Assembly (NCBI GenBank): GCA_964403465.1
Contig: CAYOFY010000002.1
Coordinates: forward strand, 1-46,673
From: an uncultured bacterium
Lineage (GTDB): Bacteria; Ratteibacteria; UBA8468; B48-G9; JAFGKM01
DNA length: 46,673 nucleotides
Direction: 5' to 3'
In this document: piece after piece, positions 9,930 to 19,256 of the stretch
Position numbering within the stretch: the stretch's first letter is position 1
How the letters are laid out: every line of letters begins with the position of its first letter
Made by a program: the position numbers and the translations under genes
The notes under the pieces: model-generated
Told to the model about the DNA's origin: nothing
The model's input: only the letters and a program-made list of their open reading frames with translations
The model's database searches: none

Positions 9930-10721
9930 ATGAACAGGATAGACGAAAAATTTCTTGAGCTGGGCAGAAAAGGGGAAAAGGCGCTCATTACCTATTTCAC
10001 CGCAGGACTGCCAACGGAAGGAGAAACCGCCCGCATAGTGAAAGAAGCGGAGAGGGCGGGTGCGGATATAGTTGAACTGGGTATACCCTTTTCCGATCCA
10101 ATAGCCGACGGCCCTGTAATACAGCGTGCCTCCTTCGCGGCGCTTGAAAAAGGGATGAATACTGACAGGGTATTCGGGATATGCGAAAACCTGAAACATT
10201 CAATTACAATACCCTACCTTCTCATGACCTACTACAATCCCGTTTACAGATACGGACTCTCAAGATTTGCAAAAAAATGCACGGACACGGGAGTCTCAGG
10301 CGTGATAATCCCGGACCTTCCCCACGAGGAAAGCGCGGATGCAAGAAACATTTTTAGGAAGCGCGGAATTATCCTGATAAACTTCCTGACGCCTTTCACA
10401 CCGCTGAAACGGGCGAGAAGGATATTGGAGAACGCAGAGGGTTTTGTCTATCTTGTTACACATGCGGGAGTAACCGGGCAGAAGTCGGATATACCGGATG
10501 GGACATTGAAAGCCATTAAGAGATTCGGCAAAATGACAGACGTACCCATAGCCGCGGGTTTTGGAATCTCAACGACGGAGCAGGTGAGCAGGATAGGGAG
10601 AAGCGTTGACGGCGTGATTGTTGGAAGTTTTCTTGTAAAAAAAATAATAGATGATAAAATAGAAGAATTATGGGAAACTATCGCAAACCTAAAAAAAGCT
10701 CTGGCGGGAAGAAACTCCTGA
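9930..10721 (+). CDS. trpA: Tryptophan synthase alpha chain
   Basis: MNRIDEKFLELGRKGEKALITYFTAGLP aligns with TrpA N-termini, and the ELGIPFSDPIADGPVIQ motif is present. The tracked ORF start at 9876 adds 18 non-homologous residues. Confidence 0.9.
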   Translation: MNRIDEKFLELGRKGEKALITYFTAGLPTEGETARIVKEAERAGADIVELGIPFSDPIADGPVIQRASFAALEKGMNTDRVFGICENLKHSITIPYLLMTYYNPVYRYGLSRFAKKCTDTGVSGVIIPDLPHEESADARNIFRKRGIILINFLTPFTPLKRARRILENAEGFVYLVTHAGVTGQKSDIPDGTLKAIKRFGKMTDVPIAAGFGISTTEQVSRIGRSVDGVIVGSFLVKKIIDDKIEELWETIANLKKALAGRNS

Positions 10722-11425
10722 AGTTCATAATCATCCTGATAATCATTGGCGCTGTGGGACCCGGTTTGAATTATTACCGCAAGTACGTTCAGGAAAAAAA
10801 ACGGCTTGCCGCTCTTGAGGAGCAGAAAAGGAAGGAAGAACTGGAAAAGGAACGTCAGAGAAAGATTCTCGAGGAAAGACAGAAGGAACTTATAACGCTT
10901 ATTGAAGAGATGAAAAAGTATTTTGCCTCTGGTAATCTTGACAGGGTGAGAGAACTTGGAAGCAGGGCGCTTGCGCTCGCGCAAAAATACAACTTCAACA
11001 CTGACGAGATATACAGGATATTGCACGATGCTGATGCGGTAACCTATCGCGGTAAACTGAAGGAGTTGCAGGAAATGAACAGGGATGTGTATAAATACCT
11101 GTATGTCCGCGACGAGTTGATCAAGATACCTGAATGGCAGGAACTCAAAAAAACTAAAACCGGGATAATGAATAAGACCTACGAAAACGAATACAGGGTT
11201 AAACTCGCGCTGGCGAAAAGCGATGCTATTACCGGGAAAAAAGGAGAGATGTCCTCGTTTTATTACCTGGCAAGCAGGCAAAATTTTGATAATGCAATAA
11301 GACTCCGCCAGGAACACGAAATAGCACGTTCCGCCGAAGAAGATGCTGTCCGCGAATTGCAGAGAGAACTGTTTTTCTCATTGAAAGAACTTACGGAGAA
11401 AACCATCCCTCCGAGTCTATACTGA
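10670..11425 (+). CDS. Membrane-anchored coiled-coil protein, unknown function
   Basis: A basic N-terminus and one hydrophobic helix (LLKFIIILIIIGAVG) are followed by a K/E-rich coiled-coil-like sequence. It overlaps the trpA 3' end by 52 nt. I recognised no family. Confidence 0.5.
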   Translation: MGNYRKPKKSSGGKKLLKFIIILIIIGAVGPGLNYYRKYVQEKKRLAALEEQKRKEELEKERQRKILEERQKELITLIEEMKKYFASGNLDRVRELGSRALALAQKYNFNTDEIYRILHDADAVTYRGKLKELQEMNRDVYKYLYVRDELIKIPEWQELKKTKTGIMNKTYENEYRVKLALAKSDAITGKKGEMSSFYYLASRQNFDNAIRLRQEHEIARSAEEDAVRELQRELFFSLKELTEKTIPPSLY

Positions 11426-11434
11426 AACCTGCAC

Positions 11435-12721
11435 ATGGAAAAAAATAACCTGAGGATCGGAGTCATAGGTTGCGGGACCGTGGGCACACATGTCATAAAA
11501 TCCCTGTCAAGAAACAGGCATGTTCTCAGGAAAAAAACAGGTATTGATATCTCCATAATCAAGGTGTGCGACAAGGACAGAAGGAAGAAGAAAGCTTTTC
11601 CTTCGGTCTTCACTTCAAAAATAGATGAGGTGATAGAAGCTCCTCTTGATGTCATTGTTGAATTGATCGGCGGCATTGATTCTTCATACCATATCATCAC
11701 AAAATCACTGAAAAGCGGCAGGTCAGTGGTTACCGCAAACAAGGCCCTTATAGCCGAAAAGGGAAGGGAGATATTCCGCCTTGCTGAAAGAAAGAACCTT
11801 CATGTGGGTTTTGAAGCAAGCGTTGCCGGGGCCGTCCCGGTAATAAAGACGATAAGAGAGAGTTACATAGGAAACAACATATCAAGGATAATGGCCATCC
11901 TTAACGGCACAACCAATTATGTGCTCACCAGAATGTTTTTCGATTCCATGAACCTTTCGCAGGCACTGCGCATGGCTCAAAAACTCGGCTATGCCGAGGC
12001 AAATACAGAACTTGACATAAAGGGTCTTGATACGGCCCACAAGCTGTCCATACTGTCAGCGCTGGCATTCAATAAGTTTGTTTCCTGGAAGGAAATCTCA
12101 GTTGAAGGAATAGAGAATATTGAACCGATGGATATAAGCTTTACGGCAGAGTTCGGCTATAGAATCAAGTTGCTTGCGGTCGCCCAGAAGAAAGGTGCCT
12201 CACTTGACCTGAGAGTACATCCGACACTCCTTCCGTCCAGGCACCTGCTTTCCCTCGTTGAGGGCGTTTACAACGCTGTTTATATTGAAGGCGATATGGC
12301 GGGTAAATCCCTCCTGTACGGAGAAGGAGCCGGAGGTGCCGCCGCAGCAAGTGCGGTTATCGCTGATATTGTTGATACAGGCATGAAACTCGCAGGTCAT
12401 AACGGTTCCAGGACCGATGCGGCCCTTTACGAAGATGAGAAGGTTGTTTTAATTCCCATGAAGGATATCTGCACGAGATATTATTTCAGGTTTACAGCAC
12501 TGGACAAACCCGGCGTTCTTGCAACGATATCAGGGATACTGGGCCATAAAGGCATAAGTATCGCATCGGTTATCCAGAAGGAGGAAAGTCCCGAAAAGGC
12601 AGTTCCAATCCTTATGCTCACCCATGTTGCGAGGGAAGAATCCGTGAGAAAAGCCATCTGCCAGATAGACGGTCTCAGTTTCATAAAGAAACCCACTGTT
12701 ATTCTGCGCGTTGAGGAGTAG
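11435..12721 (+). CDS. hom: Homoserine dehydrogenase
   Basis: It has an N-terminal Rossmann motif (IGVIGCGTVGTHV), a central homoserine dehydrogenase region and a C-terminal ACT-like domain (FTALDKPGVLATISGILG). Length is 428 aa. Confidence 0.9.
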   Translation: MEKNNLRIGVIGCGTVGTHVIKSLSRNRHVLRKKTGIDISIIKVCDKDRRKKKAFPSVFTSKIDEVIEAPLDVIVELIGGIDSSYHIITKSLKSGRSVVTANKALIAEKGREIFRLAERKNLHVGFEASVAGAVPVIKTIRESYIGNNISRIMAILNGTTNYVLTRMFFDSMNLSQALRMAQKLGYAEANTELDIKGLDTAHKLSILSALAFNKFVSWKEISVEGIENIEPMDISFTAEFGYRIKLLAVAQKKGASLDLRVHPTLLPSRHLLSLVEGVYNAVYIEGDMAGKSLLYGEGAGGAAAASAVIADIVDTGMKLAGHNGSRTDAALYEDEKVVLIPMKDICTRYYFRFTALDKPGVLATISGILGHKGISIASVIQKEESPEKAVPILMLTHVAREESVRKAICQIDGLSFIKKPTVILRVEE

Positions 12722-12723
12722 AT

Positions 12724-14874
12724 TCACGCTCTTTCAGAACAAATTCTTATACTTTTCTTTCCCCCTTTCTGAACATTGACGCTGAAGCCCGCATAACCGT
12801 GACAGTCAGTGAGGATTTTCCTGCTTTCTTCTCCCTCAATCTCAATATGGTATTCTGTTCCCGGCCTCCCGGCAACAAAGCTCAAACCCGCTGAACCTGT
12901 GTAGAAAGGTGTTTCCGCGGAAATGCTTATCTCTTCCTTTTCTGAATCATACCCTGACCTGACAATCATCTCCTGCCCTGCCTGAACCCTTCCTTTCCCT
13001 CTGCGTCCTTTCCATAATGCCATAAGAGGAGTGCTGAGTCCCGAGAACCTGCTGTTGCCGGCTGGCCTTCCTCCTCTCACGCGAAACTCCTCCCAGCAGC
13101 ACAATGTTTTCTTATGATTGTCATCCCACAACTTTATGGCGGAATTTGAGATTTTTTCCGCCAGGTCCATTCTTCCGATGTTATAAAATGTCTTCCAGAA
13201 AAACCATTGGGTTGGTATCCATATGCCACCGTTCCAGTAACCATCTTCCCGGTAATTTTGATCGTCGCGGGCAACGACAGTTATTCCATGCGGTGTCCAG
13301 TATTTTCCCGGTACGGTCAATTTCCTCATAAGTATATTGCGCCTTCGGGTATCAACCGAGCCGGAAAAAAGCGGCAGGTATTCATAAACCCCTTCAATAT
13401 CAAGCAACCCTTCTACGGATTCCAGCCGGTTAAGGAACCTGCCTTTTGTATCATCCCAGTACTGTTCATTCATTGATTTCTCGCTGCGGTCAATCATGTT
13501 ATCATAGGTCGCGATATCCTCTTTTTTGCCGAGTACGTAAGCCGCAAGCCGGAGAATTTTCAGCATTCTGACAGCCATGCAGGTCATACCCACGCTTAGA
13601 ATCTGTATAACCTTTCTGGAAGGATTGAGGGGAAGCGTCTCCCTGTAATCCCATGCAAAGGGCCAGCCATCGGCATAGACAAGGGTAGGGTAGTCATCCG
13701 CTCCGGTCCTGTTCCTTACCGGCCTTACCATGCCGTCATGGCGTATATCGCCTTCTCTCATTGGATAAAAATACATGGCAAAAACAAGCCTTCTCATAAG
13801 GTCGTAATGGCGCTTCAAAACCCGGGTATCGCCTTTCTTCTGGTATAGTTCCCACAGCGCAAAAACAGCGGTCGGGATGAAAGAACCGTAATTGAGGACT
13901 TTCTTCCCCATTCTTGCAGGGTCAGGCATTTCGGCTATTATGTCCCCCGCAATCTTCTCGTCCTCCTCAATCGCGCCGATAGCGGTCATACCTGCATCCC
14001 ATATATAGAAACTCCCCCATTCCCTTCCCGATATGATGTGGTTTGTCATTGAGTCACGAAGAAAGGACCTTGTATATTGCTGGTTGTGAAGAGTTTCCCA
14101 CCAGAGATGCTTATACGATAAATCTTTCTGTTTTTTCTCGGGGAAATTCCCCGTTGAAGAAGGGAAATCTGCTGCGCTGACGCGTTCAGTTAGAAAGTCA
14201 ACGATAGCAACGCTTGATTCCCTGGCATCAATGATGACAGGTGAGAATTTAATCAGAGCACGCTTCTTTTTCCTGTCTCTCGGGTTATACGGATCCCTTG
14301 ATGTTTCATTGGCGTTGAACGGAAAATTGATCCAGAAATCTGACCTGACGACGGACGCCTCCTTGAATGCCATATTTTCGGAAGAAATCCACATCCTTAC
14401 ACCGTCAAGCGTGAAAACAAGATTCTTCTGCACAAGGGTAGATAGCCGGTACTTCGGCAACGAGACACCTCTGCATGGAGAAACATAGAGATGAAATTCC
14501 CATTCCCTCTGTTTCATGGAAGGATTCTCCATTTTGAGAAAAAGACGCATATTGCCATTTCTTGCGGGAATAAATACCGCTGTCGTTCTTACATCCTCCC
14601 TTTCGTCGGGTAGATACAGAAAAGACCACCTTTTGAAATCACTGTCCAGATCCCATCCGAGCACACGGAACTCGTGGTTAGATTCAAACCTTTCTGGCCC
14701 GGTGACATAGCCATGATAGATATCCAGCACGGGATGTGTCTTGTACACAGGATAGTTCTGGGTCATGAGAAGAATGAATTCAATTGCAACGTCCTTCCCC
14801 CAGTCCGGGATGAATACAGCATTTGCGCCGTACGCATTTGACGACAGCGGCCTCCAGATTTTCCTTTTCTCCAT
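12724..14874 (-). CDS. Six-hairpin (alpha/alpha)6 glycoside hydrolase, GH63/MGH1-like (716 aa)
   Basis: It is a long ORF with an SD (GGGAGGGG) upstream. The C-terminal half has motifs typical of GH63/trehalase-like barrels (FYIWDAGMTAIG, GYWNGGIWIPTQWFFWKTF). Family assignment is tentative. Confidence 0.5.
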   Translation of the reverse strand: MEKRKIWRPLSSNAYGANAVFIPDWGKDVAIEFILLMTQNYPVYKTHPVLDIYHGYVTGPERFESNHEFRVLGWDLDSDFKRWSFLYLPDEREDVRTTAVFIPARNGNMRLFLKMENPSMKQREWEFHLYVSPCRGVSLPKYRLSTLVQKNLVFTLDGVRMWISSENMAFKEASVVRSDFWINFPFNANETSRDPYNPRDRKKKRALIKFSPVIIDARESSVAIVDFLTERVSAADFPSSTGNFPEKKQKDLSYKHLWWETLHNQQYTRSFLRDSMTNHIISGREWGSFYIWDAGMTAIGAIEEDEKIAGDIIAEMPDPARMGKKVLNYGSFIPTAVFALWELYQKKGDTRVLKRHYDLMRRLVFAMYFYPMREGDIRHDGMVRPVRNRTGADDYPTLVYADGWPFAWDYRETLPLNPSRKVIQILSVGMTCMAVRMLKILRLAAYVLGKKEDIATYDNMIDRSEKSMNEQYWDDTKGRFLNRLESVEGLLDIEGVYEYLPLFSGSVDTRRRNILMRKLTVPGKYWTPHGITVVARDDQNYREDGYWNGGIWIPTQWFFWKTFYNIGRMDLAEKISNSAIKLWDDNHKKTLCCWEEFRVRGGRPAGNSRFSGLSTPLMALWKGRRGKGRVQAGQEMIVRSGYDSEKEEISISAETPFYTGSAGLSFVAGRPGTEYHIEIEGEESRKILTDCHGYAGFSVNVQKGGKKSIRICSERA

Positions 14875-15024
14875 TTCCCCTCCCGTCAGACTTCAGCCGG
14901 ACACCTGCCATTCATTGATTGTGCTATCTTCCATTTCCGTACAAGTGCTTCTGTTTTAACAGGTGCAGCGATTTTATGCTATTATTATAATATAATTCAT
15001 TCAGTAAAGGTATGGAGGAGAAGA

Positions 15025-16401
15025 ATGGGCAGTATTTTATTCAGGAGTACAAACAGAGGGGCGCCGGAGGTCGGTTTCAGGGAGGCTCTCTTAAGGGGGC
15101 AGGCTCCTGATTACGGACTTTACATGCCAGTTGAGATTCCTGTGTTCACCCCCGGAGAAATAACGGATTTCAGAATGATGGATTATCACCGAATAGCGTC
15201 GGAAATCTTCATGAAGTTTTTGCGAACCGATTTGCCAATCCCCCGTATTGAAGATATGTCACGGAACGCGTATAACTTTGACGTTCCGATTCAAAGGATA
15301 CGAGAAGATTTTCATATTATGTGGCTTACCAGGGGACCCACTGCATCCTTCAAGGATTTTGCAGCCAGGATGATGGCAAAACTCATGGAATATTTTGCAA
15401 AGAGCGAAAGGAAAAAACTCACGGTCCTTGTGGCAACGTCCGGCGATACGGGAGGCGCAGTGGCCAATGCTTTCCACAGGCTTGAAAATATGAATGTGGT
15501 TGTTCTTTTCCCCCTCGCGGAAGTTACCGAAAGACAGAGGAAACAGATGAGCACTCTCGGGGATAATGTCTTCCCGGTCGCCGTGAAGGGCAAGTTTGAC
15601 GACTGCCAGGCAATTGTAAAAATGGCGTTTAACGATAGAGAACTTGAGCATTTTGAATTAACTTCGGCCAACTCAATAAATTTCGGGCGGCTTATGCCGC
15701 AGATAGTCTACTACTTTTATGCATATTCAAGACTGAATGTGAAAGATATTGTATTTTCAGTTCCTTCTGGAAATTTTGGCAACCTCATGGGTGGAGTCTT
15801 TGCCAGAAAGATGGGATTACCCGTGAAGAAATTCATTGTTGCCGTAAATGAGAATGACGAGTTTCCCGAATTTCTCAAAACCGGGAAATACAATCCGGTT
15901 GTGCCTTCAAAGGAATGCAGTTCAAACGCCATGAATGTCGGACATCCGAGCAATCTGGCTCGCCTTATTGACCTTTACGGTGGATGGTTAACTGACGAGA
16001 GGGACATGAAAACCGGAAAGGTTCTCAAAAAAGGGGTGATAAAAATAAAACCTGATGTTGAGAGAATGAAAAACGATTTTTCATCCTATTCCGTAGCGGA
16101 GAAGGAGGTTGACGGTACGATAACGTCATACTTCAGAAATCATGGGATTGTTCTGGAACCTCACGGTGCTGTAGGTGTAAGGGCGGCCGAGAAGATAAAT
16201 ATTAAGGTGCCCGTGGTCTGCCTTGAAACGGCAGACCCTGCAAAATTCCCTGACAAGATCAGGACACTGCTGGGAGTTGAACCTCCGCTGCCTGCATCGC
16301 TGGCCGGTATTGACAGAACGAAGGAAGATTACGAGATTCTTGAAGGGGGGTACGTCGAATTCAAGAAGTTTCTCTGCGGGAAGTTTGCACACATATTGTA
16401 A
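15025..16401 (+). CDS. thrC: Threonine synthase
   Basis: It has the PLP-lysine motif (TASFKDFAARMM) and a GDTGGAVANAF loop, and is 458 aa. An SD (GGAGGAG) lies upstream. Confidence 0.9.
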   Translation: MGSILFRSTNRGAPEVGFREALLRGQAPDYGLYMPVEIPVFTPGEITDFRMMDYHRIASEIFMKFLRTDLPIPRIEDMSRNAYNFDVPIQRIREDFHIMWLTRGPTASFKDFAARMMAKLMEYFAKSERKKLTVLVATSGDTGGAVANAFHRLENMNVVVLFPLAEVTERQRKQMSTLGDNVFPVAVKGKFDDCQAIVKMAFNDRELEHFELTSANSINFGRLMPQIVYYFYAYSRLNVKDIVFSVPSGNFGNLMGGVFARKMGLPVKKFIVAVNENDEFPEFLKTGKYNPVVPSKECSSNAMNVGHPSNLARLIDLYGGWLTDERDMKTGKVLKKGVIKIKPDVERMKNDFSSYSVAEKEVDGTITSYFRNHGIVLEPHGAVGVRAAEKINIKVPVVCLETADPAKFPDKIRTLLGVEPPLPASLAGIDRTKEDYEILEGGYVEFKKFLCGKFAHIL

Positions 16402-16405
16402 AAAC

Positions 16406-17614
16406 ATGAAATACATAATAATTGTAATGGATGGTGCTGCAGATAACCGTGTTGACGTGCTGGGAGGAAGGACGCCTTTGCAGGCGGCCATGAAGGAAAA
16501 TATAGACGCCCTTGCAAAAAAATCAAGATGCGGACTTCTCAGGACAATACCAGAAAATTTTTCAACCTGCTCCGCGGTAGCAAACCTTTCCATACTCGGC
16601 TATGACCCCCGTGACCATTACCACGGAAGGGGTGTGCTTGAGGCAGGCGCGATGAAGGTATCCCTCAACAAAGAAGATGTTGCTCTCAGGTGCAACACCA
16701 TCTGCATATCTGACGATGGAAAAATCAAAAATCATTCTGCGGGACATATATCCTCCGAAGAATCCTCGCTGCTTATAAAGCATGCGAACGATAAACTGGG
16801 TAGCAGCGAAGTCATCTTCTATCCCGGGGTAAGTTACAGGCATATAATGGTCTTGAAAAACAACTATTCTCCTGACGTGGAATGTTTCCCTCCCCATGAT
16901 CATACGGGTATGCCTTACAAGCAACTCCTTGTGAGACCGAAGAACAAACATGCCGTAGCCACTGCGAATCTCCTGAACAGTATTATAGTTAGTTCAGCAC
17001 ACATCCTGGAAGGCCATCCGGTCAATCTTCGCAGGGAGAGAGAGCAAAAAGACAAAGCAAATATGCTCTGGCCATGGTCACCGGGGAAAAAGCCGGCAAT
17101 GAAAACCTTTCAGGAGCGCTTTGGCGTAAAAGGCGCTGCAATATCCGCCGTAGACCTTGTGAAGGGCCTCGGACTTTACAGTGGATTTGACGTTATCAGC
17201 ATCCAGGGCGCAACAGGACTTTATGACACAAACTATGAAGGAAAAGCCGACGGCTGTATAAAAATGCTCAAGAATCATGACCTTGTTTATGTCCACGTAG
17301 AAGCACCCGATGAAGCGAGCCATGAAGGAAATGCAGCTTTAAAGGTTAAATGCATAGAGGACATTGACACGCGTCTTGTCGGCAACATTTTGAGCAGAAT
17401 TGATACAAGAGAGACTGTGATTGCAGTTCTTCCCGACCATTATACCCCTGTTGGGACAAAAGCACATTCTTCCGAGCCGGTTCCCTTCCTTATATGCAAT
17501 CCGCTTCTTCCCCCGGATAATGTTGACAGATTTGACGAAGAAGCGTGCAGCAGCGGAATTTACGGACTGGTTGAGGATAACACATTTATCAACAAATTTC
17601 TGGGGAAAGAGTGA
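16406..17614 (+). CDS. Cofactor-independent phosphoglycerate mutase family protein (archaeal ApgM type); possibly the alternative homoserine kinase type
   Basis: MKYIIIVMDGAADN...HVEAPDEASHEGN...LPDHYTP is typical of the metalloenzyme iPGM/ApgM family. The ATG at 16406 lies 4 nt after the thrC stop. The tracked ORF start at 16223 overlaps thrC. Confidence 0.75.
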   Translation: MKYIIIVMDGAADNRVDVLGGRTPLQAAMKENIDALAKKSRCGLLRTIPENFSTCSAVANLSILGYDPRDHYHGRGVLEAGAMKVSLNKEDVALRCNTICISDDGKIKNHSAGHISSEESSLLIKHANDKLGSSEVIFYPGVSYRHIMVLKNNYSPDVECFPPHDHTGMPYKQLLVRPKNKHAVATANLLNSIIVSSAHILEGHPVNLRREREQKDKANMLWPWSPGKKPAMKTFQERFGVKGAAISAVDLVKGLGLYSGFDVISIQGATGLYDTNYEGKADGCIKMLKNHDLVYVHVEAPDEASHEGNAALKVKCIEDIDTRLVGNILSRIDTRETVIAVLPDHYTPVGTKAHSSEPVPFLICNPLLPPDNVDRFDEEACSSGIYGLVEDNTFINKFLGKE

Positions 17615-17620
17615 AGCTCC

Positions 17621-17686
17621 CACGGGTAAACCCGTGACTTTCCTCCTTCGCCAGGGCTTCGGACGTATAAATCTGCGAAGGCGGGG
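17621..17686 (+). promoter_or_regulatory. Two stem-loops in the thrB leader; the second overlaps the thrB SD region
   Basis: Hairpin 1 is CACGGG-TAAA-CCCGTG (17621-17636). In hairpin 2, CCTTCGC (17645-17651) pairs with GCGAAGG (17675-17681) and extends through CC/GG pairs (17642-17643 with 17683-17684). The 3' arm contains the purine-rich stretch just before the ATG at 17692. Confidence 0.35.
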
Positions 17687-17691
17687 AAATC

Positions 17692-18594
17692 ATGACAAAA
17701 AGAATATATATTAAAATACCTGCCAGCATAGGCAACATGGGAAGCGGTTTTGACTGTGCTGGTTTGAGTTTGAAATTCTATAATGAATTTACTGTAACAA
17801 GAGCAGCGAGGATGAAAATAAGTTTTTCGGATACCCATTATTCCGTATCGTCAAAAAACGTCTCTGGCCTTTTTTCTCGCGCATTTGCCGCCGGACTTAA
17901 ATATTACGGAGAGAACACCTTCCCTGTGGAAATGGCGATTGAAAACAAAATTCCGTTCAAGAGGGGTTTCGGCAGCAGCGCCACGGTAGTCCTTGCCGCC
18001 GTAATATCGGGATTGCTGTTTGCAGGCAGAAGGATAATCAAGAAAGAGGTTCTCAGGATAGCCTTTCCTTTTGAAGGGCACATTGACAATCTCGCGGCAT
18101 CTCTTTACGGGGGTTTTGTCCTCGGCGGAAACGAAGGAAAGACGGTTGTACGCATACCCACTCCTGAAATGTTGAGAGTAATTGCTTTTGTTCCCGGGGA
18201 GGGCCTTTCCACAAAATCCGCCCGGGACATACTGCCAGACAAGGTTCCTCTTTCCGATGCAGTTTATAATATGGCTAATTATGGCATGTTATGCTCTGCC
18301 TTTTTCTTAAAGGATATGAGTATTCTAAAATTTGGACTGCGCGACAGACTTCATCAGCCTTACAGGAGCAAAATCATTCCCCACCTTGAAGGTCTGACTG
18401 AACGTGAAATCTCGCCTTATGTAATCGGTGCATGTCTAAGCGGAGCAGGGCCGTCGGTAGTATTCTTCGCCACGGACAAAAACGTTAAAAAGGCCCTATC
18501 AGCCGTCACGAATGCGATAAACGAGAAAAACATAAAGGGGGATATACATATTATTATTCCAGGGGGCAGGACAATCTGGAAAATTATTGAATAA
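17692..18594 (+). CDS. thrB: Homoserine kinase (GHMP family)
   Basis: It has PASIGNMGSGFDCAGLSL and the GHMP motif KRGFGSSA, and is 300 aa. Confidence 0.9.
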   Translation: MTKRIYIKIPASIGNMGSGFDCAGLSLKFYNEFTVTRAARMKISFSDTHYSVSSKNVSGLFSRAFAAGLKYYGENTFPVEMAIENKIPFKRGFGSSATVVLAAVISGLLFAGRRIIKKEVLRIAFPFEGHIDNLAASLYGGFVLGGNEGKTVVRIPTPEMLRVIAFVPGEGLSTKSARDILPDKVPLSDAVYNMANYGMLCSAFFLKDMSILKFGLRDRLHQPYRSKIIPHLEGLTEREISPYVIGACLSGAGPSVVFFATDKNVKKALSAVTNAINEKNIKGDIHIIIPGGRTIWKIIE

Positions 18595-18605
18595 AAAGGT
18601 ATAAT
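18577..18605 (+). promoter_or_regulatory. Candidate promoter placed to give a leaderless trkA transcript
   Basis: TGGAAA (18577-18582) is followed by a 17-nt spacer and TATAAT (18600-18605), then exactly 6 nt to the ATG at 18612. Confidence 0.3.
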
Positions 18606-18611
18606 TAAAGG

Positions 18612-19256
18612 ATGTACATAATAATCGTAGGATGCGGCAGGATAGGGTCGTATCTGGCAAATCTGCTCCAGGATGACCATAATGTGGTTGTGATAGACAA
18701 GGAAGCGGATAATCTGGAAAGGGTTGGGGATAATTTCAACGGGTTTTCCATCACAGGGGATGCCCTTGACCTTGATGTTCTGAAGGAAGCGGGCATAGAA
18801 AAAGCGGATGCCGTGGCGGTAACAACAAGTAATGACAATACCAACATAGTAATTGCACAGATAGCAAAGAAAGTTTTCAACGTCCCGAAGGTCGTCGCAA
18901 GGGTATCGGATATAGGAAAAGCGGAAATATACAGGAATCTTGGGGTGGACCCTGTAAACAGCACCTCCATTTTCGCAACACTACTCAGGGAAAAGGTTCT
19001 TGAAAGAAATTTTACAACCTACATATTTGAAAGCAGCAAGGTAAGTATGCTGGAAATCAAGGATACGGGCATTTATTCGGGTAAAAGAGTCAAGGACTTA
19101 AACATCCCCGGGGAATTTCAGGTAATTACCGTGGTAAGGGGACAGGAACCTGTTATTCCCGAAGAAGACATGGTTTTTACCGCCGGTGATATAATTGTCG
19201 GCGTCGTCAAGCTTTCGGCTCTCAAAAAAATAAAAAAGATGCTCAAACTCCAATGA
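18612..19256 (+). CDS. trkA: Trk/Ktr potassium uptake system NAD-binding (RCK) subunit
   Basis: It has the Rossmann motif IIVGCGRIGSYLA and an RCK N+C architecture in 214 aa. It is followed by a paralogue and trkH. Confidence 0.85.
   Translation: MYIIIVGCGRIGSYLANLLQDDHNVVVIDKEADNLERVGDNFNGFSITGDALDLDVLKEAGIEKADAVAVTTSNDNTNIVIAQIAKKVFNVPKVVARVSDIGKAEIYRNLGVDPVNSTSIFATLLREKVLERNFTTYIFESSKVSMLEIKDTGIYSGKRVKDLNIPGEFQVITVVRGQEPVIPEEDMVFTAGDIIVGVVKLSALKKIKKMLKLQ

Noticed and set aside
9765-10199. An N-terminal extension of the 504-aa minus-strand ORF, reaching across the trpA start.
   Set aside because: The family resemblance (URO-D) begins at MNSSERIK (9764), which has a G-rich SD. The extension overlaps the trpA coding sequence and the divergent promoter region.
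14986-14996. Tandem TATAAT hexamers upstream of thrC as a defined promoter.
   Set aside because: No acceptable -35 hexamer lies 16-18 nt upstream of either copy. The region is simply AT-rich. A promoter probably exists here, but I cannot place it.
16223-16405. An upstream extension of the iPGM-like ORF.
   Set aside because: It overlaps the 3' end of thrC in another frame. The conserved N-terminus MKYIIIVMDGAAD starts at 16406.
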